Shown here piece after piece: positions 28,982-39,598 of a stretch of 59,622 nt of DNA. This DNA is from Alphaproteobacteria bacterium (GTDB lineage: Bacteria; Pseudomonadota; Alphaproteobacteria; Puniceispirillales; UBA1172), in assembly GCA_018701255.1 (NCBI GenBank), contig JABIWM010000080.1, positions 1 through 59,622 on the forward strand, read 5' to 3'. Numbering within the stretch: the stretch's first letter is position 1; each line of letters opens with the position of its first letter. The position numbers were made by a program, and so were the translations under genes. The notes under the pieces are model-generated. The model did not search any database, was not told the origin of the DNA, and saw only the letters and a program-made list of their open reading frames with translations.

Positions 28982-29593
28982 TTACCGTGCTACCGGCCAG
29001 CCATTATCAGTTGAAATATCCAGCACCTGTTTGCGAAACTCAGCATCAAAACGGGCAATCGCTTCGGACATGACAAATTGCCGAATTCGCTCGGAATCGG
29101 CAGGCGTGGTATAATCGGCAATGGTATTCTGATAACTGGATTTGACAACAATACTTGCCGTACGGTTATTGACCGGATGCGTAAAACTGAACACCGCTTC
29201 CAGATCAGCAACAATCAGCTTTCTCTGCTCATTGGTAAATAAGGATTTCAGATCATCATTCGACGCAATATCCAGTTCGCGCAAATCCGCGCGGGATACA
29301 GTCATCAGCAAATTACCATTAGCATCAGCAGGGATAAGCGTATCGCTACCCCAAGTGATCAGCATATCCGAAAGGCTGGGATAATAGAGATGGTCAATAT
29401 ATGGCTTAACCGCTTGCGGGTTATGATCATTAAAAAAATCTATACTGGCCACCTGTATTGGCAAATCATTGCCTAATGGTGTGGCAACCAGAACAGGTGG
29501 TTCCGGTGTCTGGCAAGACGCAAGCAAAACCGGTGATAGCAGAAAAATGCCCATGATGATGATGCGGTAAATACCCTTAACGATATGTTTCAT
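28982..29593 (-). CDS. lipoprotein of unknown function
   Basis: 203 aa with a signal peptide and lipobox LLASC. I recognised no family motif. Confidence 0.6.
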   Translation of the reverse strand: MKHIVKGIYRIIIMGIFLLSPVLLASCQTPEPPVLVATPLGNDLPIQVASIDFFNDHNPQAVKPYIDHLYYPSLSDMLITWGSDTLIPADANGNLLMTVSRADLRELDIASNDDLKSLFTNEQRKLIVADLEAVFSFTHPVNNRTASIVVKSSYQNTIADYTTPADSERIRQFVMSEAIARFDAEFRKQVLDISTDNGWPVAR

Positions 29594-29634
29594 CTTACTG
29601 CTCCTTTTGGGATTAAGGTTTTAATCTGGCCGGA

Positions 29635-30582
29635 TCAGGCATTAGGGACAGCATCCCATACCCATTCGGATTTGCAAAATTCGCATGACATGACCAGTTT
29701 ATTATTCTCATCGGCCAGATCAATTTTTTCTTCATCTGTTAATGATGCAATAATCTGTTCGGCGCGTTTTGATGAACACCGGCATTGATCACGAAGCGGC
29801 CGCCACGGTAATGGTCTGGCCGATAATTCATGAAACAACCGGTGCACAAGCGTTTCAACCGGTATCGTATGATCCAGCATTTCTGTCCGTTCCAGCGTTG
29901 ACATCAACGTACATGCGGTATGCCAGATATCTTCTTCGGTATCACTCATTGGCAGAACATCGTCATGATTGCCGCCGGTTTCCGGTATCCGTTGCAACAA
30001 AAGACCGGTCGCGTGCCATGATCCGTCATAATAATCTGCGGCAAGCATCAGCGCGGTATCAATCTGTTCGGAATCCCTGAAATAGCGCAACGCCACATCC
30101 GTGATGCTCTGGGCTTCTATCGGCACAATCCCCTGATACCGGCCTTTCTTGCCCTGATCAACGGTAAATGCCAGATGCCCTGTTCCCATGAGTTGCATCA
30201 TTGGGGCAGGCGCACCCATGCCGCCATCATCTGCGTCTATATCCTGATGTTCATCATATCCCATATAGGCACGCACCGCACCATCAGTGGTCACATCGGC
30301 AAGCAGGGTTTTTATCGCGCCTTCACCCTTGGCCTGAAGCGTGAAAATACCATCATAGCTCATGGTACTGGCAAGGCATGATGCCAATACCACGGATTCG
30401 GCGGCAAGCTTGCCCATGACTTGTGGATAGTTATGGCGCCCTAGAATTGTATCAACCACATGATCCATTCTGGCCAGACGACCACGGATAGCGGCCTTGC
30501 GGCCAACCCCTGCATCAATGACAAAAGGCAGTATTCCAGCCGAATTTCCAGCTAAATTTCCAGACAGCTTTTTTTCAGCCAT
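29635..30582 (-). CDS. hslO: Hsp33-family redox-regulated chaperone
   Basis: 315 aa with the C-terminal zinc switch CRCS...CEFC. Confidence 0.85.
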   Translation of the reverse strand: MAEKKLSGNLAGNSAGILPFVIDAGVGRKAAIRGRLARMDHVVDTILGRHNYPQVMGKLAAESVVLASCLASTMSYDGIFTLQAKGEGAIKTLLADVTTDGAVRAYMGYDEHQDIDADDGGMGAPAPMMQLMGTGHLAFTVDQGKKGRYQGIVPIEAQSITDVALRYFRDSEQIDTALMLAADYYDGSWHATGLLLQRIPETGGNHDDVLPMSDTEEDIWHTACTLMSTLERTEMLDHTIPVETLVHRLFHELSARPLPWRPLRDQCRCSSKRAEQIIASLTDEEKIDLADENNKLVMSCEFCKSEWVWDAVPNA

Positions 30583-30618
30583 TGCTAGTTATCCCCACCA
30601 CTATCATTATCTCTATTA

Positions 30619-31563
30619 TTAGCCGGCATTATTTTTATCAAGACAGAAACACATAATGGCTTTCTGTGCATGAAGCCGGTTTTCTGCTTCGTCCCAGATA
30701 ACGGATTGCGCCCCGTCAACAACCTCAGCATCCGCCTCGTTGCCGCGATATACTGGCAGACAATGCATGAATATAGCATCCGGTGCCGCCAATTCCATCA
30801 GCTGTGTTGTCACCCGAAATGGTTCAAGCATATTTTTATGCGCGGCGGCATCAATATGTTCAGCACCGCCCATTGATGCTCCCATGGATATCCATGTATC
30901 CGTTACGACAACATCCGCGTCAGTGATAGCAAGTGCCGGATCGTTGGATAAATGGATCACGCCGCCAGCGGCTTTAGCCTTGGCAACAATACTGGCATCT
31001 GGACGTAAAGCATCAGGGGTGGCAAGCGTTAGCGTAAAACCAAAGGCCGCCGCCGCCTCAATCCAGCTATGGGCAACATTATTGCCATCACCTAGCCAGA
31101 CAATATGCAGATGCGCAAAATTCAGATCAGGTGCTTTTTTTTCTGCGACCGTCATCACATCTGCCATGACCTGACAGGGGTGGCTTTGATTGGTAAGACC
31201 ATTGATCACCGGTATGCTGGCATGATGCGATAATTCCAGCACCGTGTCATGATTTTCGGCACGAATCATGATAGCATCAACATAACGTGACATGACCTTT
31301 GCCGTGTCTGCCACGGTTTCACCCCGACCAAGTTGCATGCCCTTATTATCCAGAACCAGCGGGGTGGCACCAAGCTGATTAACGCCAACCTCAAACGATA
31401 TACGGGTGCGGGTTGATGGCTTTTCAAAGAGCAGCGCAATATTCATTCCGCTTAGTTTGGCTGATACGCTAGCAGGACGTGCTTTCATAACCAGAGCATC
31501 CTGTATCATCTGCCGCAACTGATCAGATGAATAATCCGCAATATCTATAAAATGCCTAATCAT
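30619..31563 (-). CDS. argF: ornithine carbamoyltransferase
   Basis: STRTR, HPCQ and HCLP motifs. The ATG at 31563 (MIRHFIDIADYS...) overlaps the argD stop by 8 nt. Confidence 0.9.
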   Translation of the reverse strand: MIRHFIDIADYSSDQLRQMIQDALVMKARPASVSAKLSGMNIALLFEKPSTRTRISFEVGVNQLGATPLVLDNKGMQLGRGETVADTAKVMSRYVDAIMIRAENHDTVLELSHHASIPVINGLTNQSHPCQVMADVMTVAEKKAPDLNFAHLHIVWLGDGNNVAHSWIEAAAAFGFTLTLATPDALRPDASIVAKAKAAGGVIHLSNDPALAITDADVVVTDTWISMGASMGGAEHIDAAAHKNMLEPFRVTTQLMELAAPDAIFMHCLPVYRGNEADAEVVDGAQSVIWDEAENRLHAQKAIMCFCLDKNNAG

Positions 31564-32776
31564 GTTTATGACTCGCTTTTTCTTCACATGCGCCCAAAAC
31601 CGCATCTAGAGTGGCCACCGCGTGATGAATATCTTCGGTGCTAACATTCAGTGGCGGCAAGAGCCGGACAGTATTCGCCGCCGCCGGCACGACCAGCATA
31701 TGATGCGCACGACACGCGGCCATAACGTCAAGCGGGGTTAGATGATCCGCCAGAACCAGCCCGATCAGAAAACCGTTTCCCCGTATCTCGATAATCGCCT
31801 CATGTTTCTGCTTAAGCCTGTCCAGTTCGGCAAATAGTACCGCGCTCCGCGCACGCATATCTGCCAGAAAATCCGCATCCAGCACATCCAGCACCGCACA
31901 TGCCGCTTGCATAGCCAGCGGGTTTCCGCCAAAAGTCGACCCGTGACTGCCCGGCGTCATAGCTGAACCCACCGCTTCGGTGGCAATCACCGCACCGATA
32001 GGAAAGCCGCCCGCAAGCCCCTTGGCCATGGCGATAATATCTGGCTTGATGCCGCTTGGTTCAAACGAAAACAAATGCCCTGACCGGCCAACGCCAATCT
32101 GAACTTCATCGGCGATAAGCAAGCATCCCACTTCATTAGTGACAGCTCTTAATTCGGCTAAAAATCCGTCTGGTAATGGTCTGGCACCGCCTTCGCCTTG
32201 CACGCTTTCCACCATGACCGCCGCTATTTCCGGGGTGCCGCTTTCTGCATCGCTGATCAATTGATCACGCAAGGCATTCATATTGCCAAACGGAAAATGA
32301 TCAAAACCGTCAGGCATGGGGCCAAACCCCTCACGAAAGGCCGGACGATCTGTGGCCGCAAGCATGGCAATAGTGCGGCCATGAAACGCGCCTTCTGCAC
32401 ATAGGATTTTATGCCGGTTGTGATGCCCCATATGGTGCATGGCTCGCCGCGCCATTTTTACGGCGGCTTCGGTGGCTTCAGCTCCGGAATTACAGAAAAA
32501 CACCTGATCCAGCCCTGATCGTTTAGCCAGAATCTGTGCTAATTCAGCCTGTTCGGGAATGTTGTACAGATTAGAAACATGCCATAATTTGCCCGCTTGC
32601 CGGGTCAGCGCGTCTACCAGTTTCGGGTGGCTATGGCCAAGCGTATTCACCGCAATACCTGTTGCAAAATCAAGATAGCGGTCGCCATCTGTACTGATCA
32701 GCCAGCTGCCTTCGCCATGCGAAAACGCCAGATCAGCCCGACCATAATTGCCCATCACCGCTGTTGTGCTGGTCAT
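31556..32776 (-). CDS. argD: acetylornithine aminotransferase (class III PLP aminotransferase)
   Basis: 406 aa with the class III aminotransferase pattern (GSEANE-like NSGAEATEAA, DEVQ.G.GRSG, AKGLAGGFP). The argD-argF-hslO order is common in alphaproteobacteria. Confidence 0.85.
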   Translation of the reverse strand: MTSTTAVMGNYGRADLAFSHGEGSWLISTDGDRYLDFATGIAVNTLGHSHPKLVDALTRQAGKLWHVSNLYNIPEQAELAQILAKRSGLDQVFFCNSGAEATEAAVKMARRAMHHMGHHNRHKILCAEGAFHGRTIAMLAATDRPAFREGFGPMPDGFDHFPFGNMNALRDQLISDAESGTPEIAAVMVESVQGEGGARPLPDGFLAELRAVTNEVGCLLIADEVQIGVGRSGHLFSFEPSGIKPDIIAMAKGLAGGFPIGAVIATEAVGSAMTPGSHGSTFGGNPLAMQAACAVLDVLDADFLADMRARSAVLFAELDRLKQKHEAIIEIRGNGFLIGLVLADHLTPLDVMAACRAHHMLVVPAAANTVRLLPPLNVSTEDIHHAVATLDAVLGACEEKASHKHD

Positions 32777-33948
32777 GCAGATTCTCCACCTGTAATTGGC
32801 AGAAAATGTTTGGCCAGTTGCAATCCTTGCGCCTGATAATGGGAACCGCTACCTCTTGCACCATAAAGCGCGTCCGGTACCAGCGATAATGGTTCATATA
32901 CCAGGCGGCAGACGGTCTGGCCTTCTTCGATCAGAAACGGCACATCATGCGAGCGGACTTCGAGGACGGCGCGGGTTTCACCTGCGCCTAATTCGGGCAT
33001 ACCAAAACCGGGGTCAAAGAAACCGGCATAATGCGCTCTGAATTCGCCGATGCGAGTATCATACGCGGTCATTTCCGCCGCATATTCAGCTGGCACAGTC
33101 ACATATTCCTGACTAGCCAGAATATAAAACTCATCCGGATTTAAAACCAAACCGCCAGCGTTAAGGTCTGCTAACGTGACTTTTTCCCAGAAACCGGACA
33201 CCGGATATACCCCGACCTGATCCACATCAATCAGCCCGGCATGTTTCCGCGCGCGCCAACCAACAACCCCCGGCATCAAACTATGCGCTTTCCCCGACAG
33301 ATCAACGCTAAGCGGGATACCGTCTTTGATTTTATGATTAACAATGCCTTCGCCATGGGTAAGCCCCGATTTATCCTGAAGCGCCATCATATCATCATCG
33401 CTAATATGCGCCCGTCCTGACCGCAAGCGAAGCTGTGACAATCGTGACCCCTGTCTGACCAGCACAGAAAAGGTGCGTGGGCTAATCTCAGCATAAAGCG
33501 CACCGCTATAACCGGCCGGTGCCATTTCAAACTCATCTGCATAATCGACAATCATCCGCGTGAATACATCCAGCCGACCGGTTGAGCTTTTGGGGTTGGC
33601 AATAGCGGTTAACCCTTGCGGCAGATGCGCGGATTCCAATAACTCGGCAATATAGACACAGCCCTTTTCCAGAACCGCCCCATTTGTCAGATCAATTTCA
33701 TGCATGGCAAGATCAGCCAGTTTATCAGCAACCTTATGATCGGCACCGGGCAGGAATGAGGCCTGTACACGCCATGCTTTCGCCCCTAACCGCAAATCCA
33801 GTGACGCTGGTTGAATCTGGCCATCTGTCAATGGCGCCGCGCTAGCCAGAATCCGCTTGGCGAACGCGTCTTCTAGTTGGGGTTGGGACAGAATACCCGG
33901 CGGATAAGATAACCCTGACTGGGAAGATGTATCAGAAGATGCGTTCAT
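32773..33948 (-). CDS. 2'-deoxycytidine 5'-triphosphate deaminase-like protein (long, two-domain form)
   Basis: 391 aa. It resembles the ~360-390 aa 'DCD' family proteins of alphaproteobacteria (ASLDLRLG..., duplicated dUTPase-like fold). The assignment is from memory only. Confidence 0.5.
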   Translation of the reverse strand: MNASSDTSSQSGLSYPPGILSQPQLEDAFAKRILASAAPLTDGQIQPASLDLRLGAKAWRVQASFLPGADHKVADKLADLAMHEIDLTNGAVLEKGCVYIAELLESAHLPQGLTAIANPKSSTGRLDVFTRMIVDYADEFEMAPAGYSGALYAEISPRTFSVLVRQGSRLSQLRLRSGRAHISDDDMMALQDKSGLTHGEGIVNHKIKDGIPLSVDLSGKAHSLMPGVVGWRARKHAGLIDVDQVGVYPVSGFWEKVTLADLNAGGLVLNPDEFYILASQEYVTVPAEYAAEMTAYDTRIGEFRAHYAGFFDPGFGMPELGAGETRAVLEVRSHDVPFLIEEGQTVCRLVYEPLSLVPDALYGARGSGSHYQAQGLQLAKHFLPITGGESA

Positions 33949-33961
33949 GACCGAAACCGTT

Positions 33962-34798
33962 CTAGCTTTTGAGTTTATATCCGGTCTTTAATAGATAAAT
34001 ACCGAATAGGGATAGCATCAGCATTGTCAGGGATAAAATCAAGCCCCCTAAAAGCGGTGATGCTGAACTAAACCCAGTCATAGCATAGCGAAATCCGTCA
34101 ATCATATAAAAAATCGGATTAAAATAGGCAATCACCGCCACGCTATCCGGCAATCGGTCAATCGTATAGAAAGTACCAGATAGAAAAACCAACGGCTGAA
34201 TAACAAAATTGGTGATTGTTGCCAGACTATCAAATTTATCTGCCCAGATACCGGCAATCACACCAATAACAGCCATAATGCCCGCCCCAAGCGATAAAAA
34301 CAGCACCGCCGCAAATATATTGGCCGGAATAATATTTATCCCCAGAAACGGCATCGTCATGATAGCAACAATGGCAACCATAATCCCGCGCGTCATTCCG
34401 GCGGCGACCATACCAATAAATAATTCATAGGCGCTAAGTGGCGGCATAACCAGATCAACAATATTCCCCTGCACTTTACCGATGACTAAAGACGAAGATG
34501 TATTTGCAAAGGCATTTTGTAACACCGCCATCATAATCAACCCCGGTGCCAGAAAGGTAAGCAGGTTCATATCCCCCATCAGATCAACCCGATCACCAAT
34601 AGCAACCGCAAAAACCGTCAGGAAAAGCCATGTTGTTATCACTGGCGCGGCAACGGTTTGCCCCAGTATTTTAACAAAGCGCATGACTTCGCGCCGGTAA
34701 AGCGTGGATAAGCCAACCCAGTTGATGAAACCGATTTTTATGGGTCTGATCACTGTTGTGGTAGCTGAATAGGTATCTTTGACGTTGTTTCTCGACAT
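33962..34798 (-). CDS. ABC-2 type transporter permease
   Basis: Six hydrophobic helices with the ABC-2 (YadH-like) pattern. I moved the start to the ATG at 34798 (MSRNNVKDTY...). No ATPase gene is adjacent. Confidence 0.7.
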   Translation of the reverse strand: MSRNNVKDTYSATTTVIRPIKIGFINWVGLSTLYRREVMRFVKILGQTVAAPVITTWLFLTVFAVAIGDRVDLMGDMNLLTFLAPGLIMMAVLQNAFANTSSSLVIGKVQGNIVDLVMPPLSAYELFIGMVAAGMTRGIMVAIVAIMTMPFLGINIIPANIFAAVLFLSLGAGIMAVIGVIAGIWADKFDSLATITNFVIQPLVFLSGTFYTIDRLPDSVAVIAYFNPIFYMIDGFRYAMTGFSSASPLLGGLILSLTMLMLSLFGIYLLKTGYKLKS

Positions 34799-34884
34799 GG
34801 CCGCAACATATTCGCTATGCTGGCATAAATCAAGAACACGCTTAATCATGAGCTGTGTTCAAACCAATCGGGATATAGTCATTC

Positions 34885-35436
34885 ATGGTGATTTCTGATG
34901 AAAAGCTAAATCGCCGGCTTGAAAATAAGGCCTTAAGCTATCTGGCGCGATTTGCCTCTAGCGAAGCCAATTTGCGGCAGGTGCTGATCCGTTTTGGTCG
35001 CCGGAAATGCTGGCCAAAAGACGGCGATAAAGACGAAGAACCCGCTTTCCTGATCCAGCTCAATCAGGCTATTGACCGACTGGTTATCCGCTATGCCCGA
35101 CTTGGCTATGTTGATGATGCGGCCTATGCCCATGCGCGCGCACGCGGCATGCGTGTCAGAGGAACATCAGGCAGACATATCAGCCATTACCTCAAAGCCA
35201 AAGGCGTAAACGGTGACGTGATTAGCCAGACCATGGATGATGATAACATCGGCAGCATGGATGCCGAAACAGATGCCGCCAGAAAATATGCCCGCCGCCG
35301 CAAATTAGGCCAGTATGCCAGCCCGAACAGCCGGACAAAATCGGATTGGGAAAAACGCCATCTGGCCAGTATGATCCGTGCCGGATTCGGCTTTGACGTA
35401 TCCAAATTGGTACTATTTACTGAATATGATGATTGA
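34885..35436 (+). CDS. recX: RecX-like regulatory protein
   Basis: 183 aa, basic, helical-repeat protein. Its N-terminal ...ALSYLARFASSEANLRQVL... and repeated ...YLKAKGV... segments are typical of RecX. Confidence 0.6.
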   Translation: MVISDEKLNRRLENKALSYLARFASSEANLRQVLIRFGRRKCWPKDGDKDEEPAFLIQLNQAIDRLVIRYARLGYVDDAAYAHARARGMRVRGTSGRHISHYLKAKGVNGDVISQTMDDDNIGSMDAETDAARKYARRRKLGQYASPNSRTKSDWEKRHLASMIRAGFGFDVSKLVLFTEYDD

Positions 35437-35509
35437 TGCCGGATATCAGGCTATTGTGAACCACCCGAAAAATGGGTAAATTATAGGCGAATATTTAGGG
35501 GGGAGTACC

Positions 35510-37456
35510 ATGTCAGACCATCACCAGTTTCCACCATCCGCTGAGCGGGCAAAATCAGCACTAGTTGATCAAGATACCTATCTGGATATGTATCAGCGTT
35601 CTATCGAACAGCCAGATGCGTTCTGGGATGAAATGGGGCGGGCGCAAATTGACTGGATGAAGCCTTACACAAAAATCAATAATTCCACCTATGATGCGAC
35701 ATCCCTATCTATTAAATGGTACGAGGACGGCACACTTAATGCCAGCGCCAATTGTCTGGACAGGCATCTGGATACACGCGGTGATCAGACCGCGCTGATA
35801 TTCGAAGGCGATGATCCATCCACTAGCCGCCATATCAGCTATCGGGAATTACATGATGAGGTTTGCCGTTTTGCCAATGTACTAAAAGCGCGTGGCGTTA
35901 AGGCCGGCGACCGTGTCACCATTTATATGCCCATGATCGTAGAAGCCGTGGTAGCCATGCTAGCGGTCGTTCGCATTGGCGCCGTGCATTCGGTTGTCTT
36001 TGGCGGATTTTCGCCTGATGCGCTGGCTGGCCGTATTCAAGATTGTGATTCGCATGTCATCATTACCGCCGATGAAGGCGTTCGCGGCGGTAAACCCATC
36101 CCACTAAAAACCAATACAGATAAAGCGCTTGAAATGTGCCCGGATTGTCAGACTGTTATCGTGGTCAAACGTACCGGCGGAAACATTGATTGGCATGATG
36201 GCCGGGATTTCTGGTATCACGAAGAAATGGCCAAAGTCGATGCGGATTGCCCCCCTGCAGAGGTTGGCGCCGAAGACCCGATGTTCATTCTGTATACGTC
36301 CGGATCAACCGGCAAACCCAAAGGCGTGTTACATACCACCGGCGGATATATGGTTTATGCCAGTATGACATTCAAATATGTTTTTGATTACCAACCGGGC
36401 GATGTGTATTGGTGTACCGCTGATGTTGGCTGGGTCACCGGCCATAGTTATATTGTTTATGGGCCATTAGCCACCGGCGCGACCGGCGTCATATTTGAGG
36501 GCGTGCCAACCTATCCGGATGCTGGCCGATTCTGGGAAGTGATTGAAAAGCACAAGGTAAACACATTCTATACCGCCCCGACCGCTATTCGTGCGCTGAT
36601 GCGTGAAGGCAATGATTTTGTCACCCGCTATGATCGTTCATCGCTCAAAACACTGGGGTCGGTTGGCGAGCCTATCAATCCCGAAGCATGGATGTGGTAT
36701 CATGACGTTATCGGTGAAGGCCGTTGCCCGATTGTTGATACATGGTGGCAAACCGAAACAGGCGGTATTATGATCACGCCGCTTCCGGGCGCAACAACCC
36801 TGAAACCCGGTTCAGCTACCAGACCATTTTTCGGCATTGAGCCTGTTCTGGTTGATAGCGATAACAAACCGCTAGATGGTGCTACTTCGGGTAGTTTATG
36901 TATCAACCGGTCATGGCCGGGACAGATGCGGACAGTATATGGGGATCATGACCGCTTTATCAGCACCTATTTTACCACTTTCCCCGGACGATATTTCACC
37001 GGTGATGGCTGTCGCCGTGATGAAGACGGATATTACTGGATCACCGGACGTGTTGATGATGTGATTAATGTATCTGGCCATCGCATGGGAACAGCTGAGG
37101 TCGAATCCGCGCTGGTTGCCCATCCTAAAGTCGCTGAAGCCGCTGTGGTTGGATATCCGCATGATATCAAAGGTCAGGGGATTTATGCTTATGTTACTTT
37201 GCTAGCCGGACTAGAAGGCGATGATGCGCTTCTGGCTGAGCTCAAGCAATGGGTGCGCAAAGATATTGGCCCGATTGCTACACCCGATGTGCTGCAATGG
37301 GCACCCGGACTGCCGAAAACACGATCTGGCAAGATTATGCGGCGTATTCTGCGTAAAATTGCCTCAAATGAAATCGACAGTCTTGGTGATACATCCACCC
37401 TGGCAGACCCTGCCGTGGTGGATGATCTGGTAGCTAATCGCCCAATCGGCAATTAA
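35510..37456 (+). CDS. acs: acetyl-CoA synthetase (AMP-forming)
   Basis: 648 aa with [20 protein letters not shown] and [13 protein letters not shown]. Confidence 0.95.
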   Translation: MSDHHQFPPSAERAKSALVDQDTYLDMYQRSIEQPDAFWDEMGRAQIDWMKPYTKINNSTYDATSLSIKWYEDGTLNASANCLDRHLDTRGDQTALIFEGDDPSTSRHISYRELHDEVCRFANVLKARGVKAGDRVTIYMPMIVEAVVAMLAVVRIGAVHSVVFGGFSPDALAGRIQDCDSHVIITADEGVRGGKPIPLKTNTDKALEMCPDCQTVIVVKRTGGNIDWHDGRDFWYHEEMAKVDADCPPAEVGAEDPMFILYTSGSTGKPKGVLHTTGGYMVYASMTFKYVFDYQPGDVYWCTADVGWVTGHSYIVYGPLATGATGVIFEGVPTYPDAGRFWEVIEKHKVNTFYTAPTAIRALMREGNDFVTRYDRSSLKTLGSVGEPINPEAWMWYHDVIGEGRCPIVDTWWQTETGGIMITPLPGATTLKPGSATRPFFGIEPVLVDSDNKPLDGATSGSLCINRSWPGQMRTVYGDHDRFISTYFTTFPGRYFTGDGCRRDEDGYYWITGRVDDVINVSGHRMGTAEVESALVAHPKVAEAAVVGYPHDIKGQGIYAYVTLLAGLEGDDALLAELKQWVRKDIGPIATPDVLQWAPGLPKTRSGKIMRRILRKIASNEIDSLGDTSTLADPAVVDDLVANRPIGN

Positions 37457-38103
37457 CTTTTGGATGCTTCTTGTGTCAAACCTAACTCAATGGCTCTACA
37501 CACGGCATGAGTGCGATTTTTAGCACCCAGTTTACCGCGCAAGCTTTTGAGATGGTGCTTCACCGTGACTAGTGCAATGCCGTATTTAATGGCAATTTCC
37601 TTATCGGATTTACCAGCTAGCAAGCCTGATAACATATCCAGTTCACGGCCAGTCAGATCATTTATCGGCAAGAAATGTTTTTCACCATTATGATGGCTGG
37701 TTTCTTGCGGCATAAATATCTGGCCTTCTATCATAAGTATGAGGGCACTGAAAAAAGCCTTAATACCTATATTTTTGGGAATATATCCCATAGCACCTGC
37801 TTCTAGCACCATTCGCATTTCCGAATTACTTGTCGGCGCACCCATGATAGCAATCGGGACTTCCCTTCGGGTGGCTTCTAATGTGCGTGTTAAACCTGCC
37901 AATCCTTTGATATCAGATAAGCCTGAATCCAGAATGATCAACGCGGGGCTGACCCCGCGATTAATGAGAGCTGTTACCTCGCTGATCCTGTTAGCTGGTA
38001 ATATTTCCATCGTTTCATCACGTTGTTGCGATTCTTCTATGATTAAATCACGAGAAAACACATTTGCGTAAGCGAGTATTATTTCCACATTGCTCTCCAT
38101 CAT
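37453..38103 (-). CDS. LuxR/FixJ-type response-regulator-like transcription factor with an atypical receiver domain
   Basis: The C-terminal LuxR HTH reads [22 protein letters not shown]...[15 protein letters not shown]. The N-terminal receiver keeps the ILD aspartate and the GYIPK lysine but has YA where the acidic DD pair normally sits. No kinase gene is adjacent. Confidence 0.75.
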   Translation of the reverse strand: MMESNVEIILAYANVFSRDLIIEESQQRDETMEILPANRISEVTALINRGVSPALIILDSGLSDIKGLAGLTRTLEATRREVPIAIMGAPTSNSEMRMVLEAGAMGYIPKNIGIKAFFSALILMIEGQIFMPQETSHHNGEKHFLPINDLTGRELDMLSGLLAGKSDKEIAIKYGIALVTVKHHLKSLRGKLGAKNRTHAVCRAIELGLTQEASKS

Positions 38104-38167
38104 TTCGTTAAGACGATATGCTGATTTTCGGGAAAAAATACTGCCGAAACTCTATAATGTATCAACA

Positions 38168-38187
38168 TTGAGTATTATAATACTCAA
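38168..38187. promoter_or_regulatory. perfect 20-bp palindrome upstream of the LuxR-type gene
   Basis: TTGAGTATTATAATACTCAA equals its own reverse complement. It lies 65-84 nt upstream of the ATG at 38103 and 38 nt downstream of the preceding stop. A TATAAT is embedded on both strands. Confidence 0.55.
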
Positions 38188-38224
38188 ATTCTAGATCAGA
38201 TGAATTATTTTTTTTGGCAGACAA

Positions 38225-39598
38225 TTACCGTTTCGCATTATTCAATTGATAGCGAACGACAAAATTCCACTTTTGGCTTTCATCTAAAACGTCTTTTGAC
38301 CGCGTGTTTTCCCAGCCTAGCTCTAGGGTTAGGGCATATTTGTCTAGCCAATCCGGTGAAAATCCCAATTTACTCGTAACGTGCCATAAGTTATGCCGAT
38401 GAAGTCGCCAAGGACGCGGATGGATAAGGCTTTCTTTGGTCAAATTTAGCTGAATCCACAATTTTTCTTTCGCATTTGGCGGTATCAGATGCACCAAACC
38501 GGTTATCCCTAGACGATCCGAGCTTTGATCACGCGGCGATGTTATCCGTTTGGCCGTTGATATTTCCGCATACCAGCTGTTCCACCAAGTGTGTGTTCTA
38601 TTCGCCCCAACTATCGTTGGATTGATCATTGGATTAGTTTGATGATAACCAAATGCGATGCCCTGATCCTGAAGCGTCTGATCTGGCTGGCGTGGATAGG
38701 TTTCAAATGAACCCTGCATGGTCATGCGCAGATAGGCGATATCGGATAAAGGCAATATCATCGCCTGACTAGCACTGGATTGATGCCTGATCACGGATAC
38801 GCGATTCTGGCCACGCTGATTTTCCAGCCGTTTTAATAATATCTGGCTTTCCAGTATCGCCCAGCTAGTCTGATGTTGCCAGCTTCCGCTTATCCCGATC
38901 CCCTGACGGTCATATCCGCGTGGGGTGGTAAGCCGTTCATATAACAACAGACTGGCCCGATAGTTCCCCTGTTTACGCGGGATAACAAATCCAATACTGG
39001 CATTGGTTTCTGCATACCATCCAGCCACATGACGATCACCAATCGTAAAATCGGGGCTAATGCTTATGCCGCTCAAATTCGATTCGATTTGCCGGATCAT
39101 CAGATCAAGCTGTGATTCCGGTTCTGCCGTGATGGTTTGTTGCGCGGTCGCTTGCGCCAGATTCTGATCATATCCAGTGCTTATATCTATCGCCCATTTC
39201 AGATTAGGGTGACGCGAACATTGCCGCAAAAACCGTTTGCTGTCTTGTGCTAGCCAATCGGTTTTATCGCCATTTTCATCAACAGATAACTGCCGTAAAT
39301 ACGGTTTGGCCAGATCACAACGCCCCATGGCAACATGTATCAGCGCCAGTTCATAAAGGTGACGGCGCGACAATACCCGCGACCGTTCCGCATCCAGCCC
39401 TAATGCCATGGCCTCATCATAGAATCCGTCTAATCTTAATATGATTAGCGATTTAGTTAACAGATCATCATCCCGAAGGATCAGATTCCTGTTCGAGTGA
39501 ATGAATTGTTTTGAAGATATATCATTATCTGCCAGACTTGCTGATACTGATAATGCGAACATACCAATCAAAATGGTGATAGAGAACAAAGACGGCAT
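38225..39598 (-). CDS. outer-membrane protein: signal peptide + TPR-like region + C-terminal beta-barrel (Slam/DUF560-like or YaiO-like)
   Basis: The start is at ATG 39598 (MPSLFSITILIGMFALSVSASLA signal). The N-terminal third is helical and TPR-like (YELALIHVAMGRCDLAKPYLRQL). The C-terminal ~280 aa has alternating hydrophobic/aromatic beta-strand periodicity, ending ...WNFVVRYQLNNAKR. Confidence 0.4.
   Translation of the reverse strand: MPSLFSITILIGMFALSVSASLADNDISSKQFIHSNRNLILRDDDLLTKSLIILRLDGFYDEAMALGLDAERSRVLSRRHLYELALIHVAMGRCDLAKPYLRQLSVDENGDKTDWLAQDSKRFLRQCSRHPNLKWAIDISTGYDQNLAQATAQQTITAEPESQLDLMIRQIESNLSGISISPDFTIGDRHVAGWYAETNASIGFVIPRKQGNYRASLLLYERLTTPRGYDRQGIGISGSWQHQTSWAILESQILLKRLENQRGQNRVSVIRHQSSASQAMILPLSDIAYLRMTMQGSFETYPRQPDQTLQDQGIAFGYHQTNPMINPTIVGANRTHTWWNSWYAEISTAKRITSPRDQSSDRLGITGLVHLIPPNAKEKLWIQLNLTKESLIHPRPWRLHRHNLWHVTSKLGFSPDWLDKYALTLELGWENTRSKDVLDESQKWNFVVRYQLNNAKR

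Noticed and set aside
38168-38187. The 20-bp palindrome as the terminator of the upstream barrel gene.
   Set aside because: It is 80 percent A/T, would form a hairpin with no loop, and is not followed by a U-run on the - strand. An operator is more plausible.
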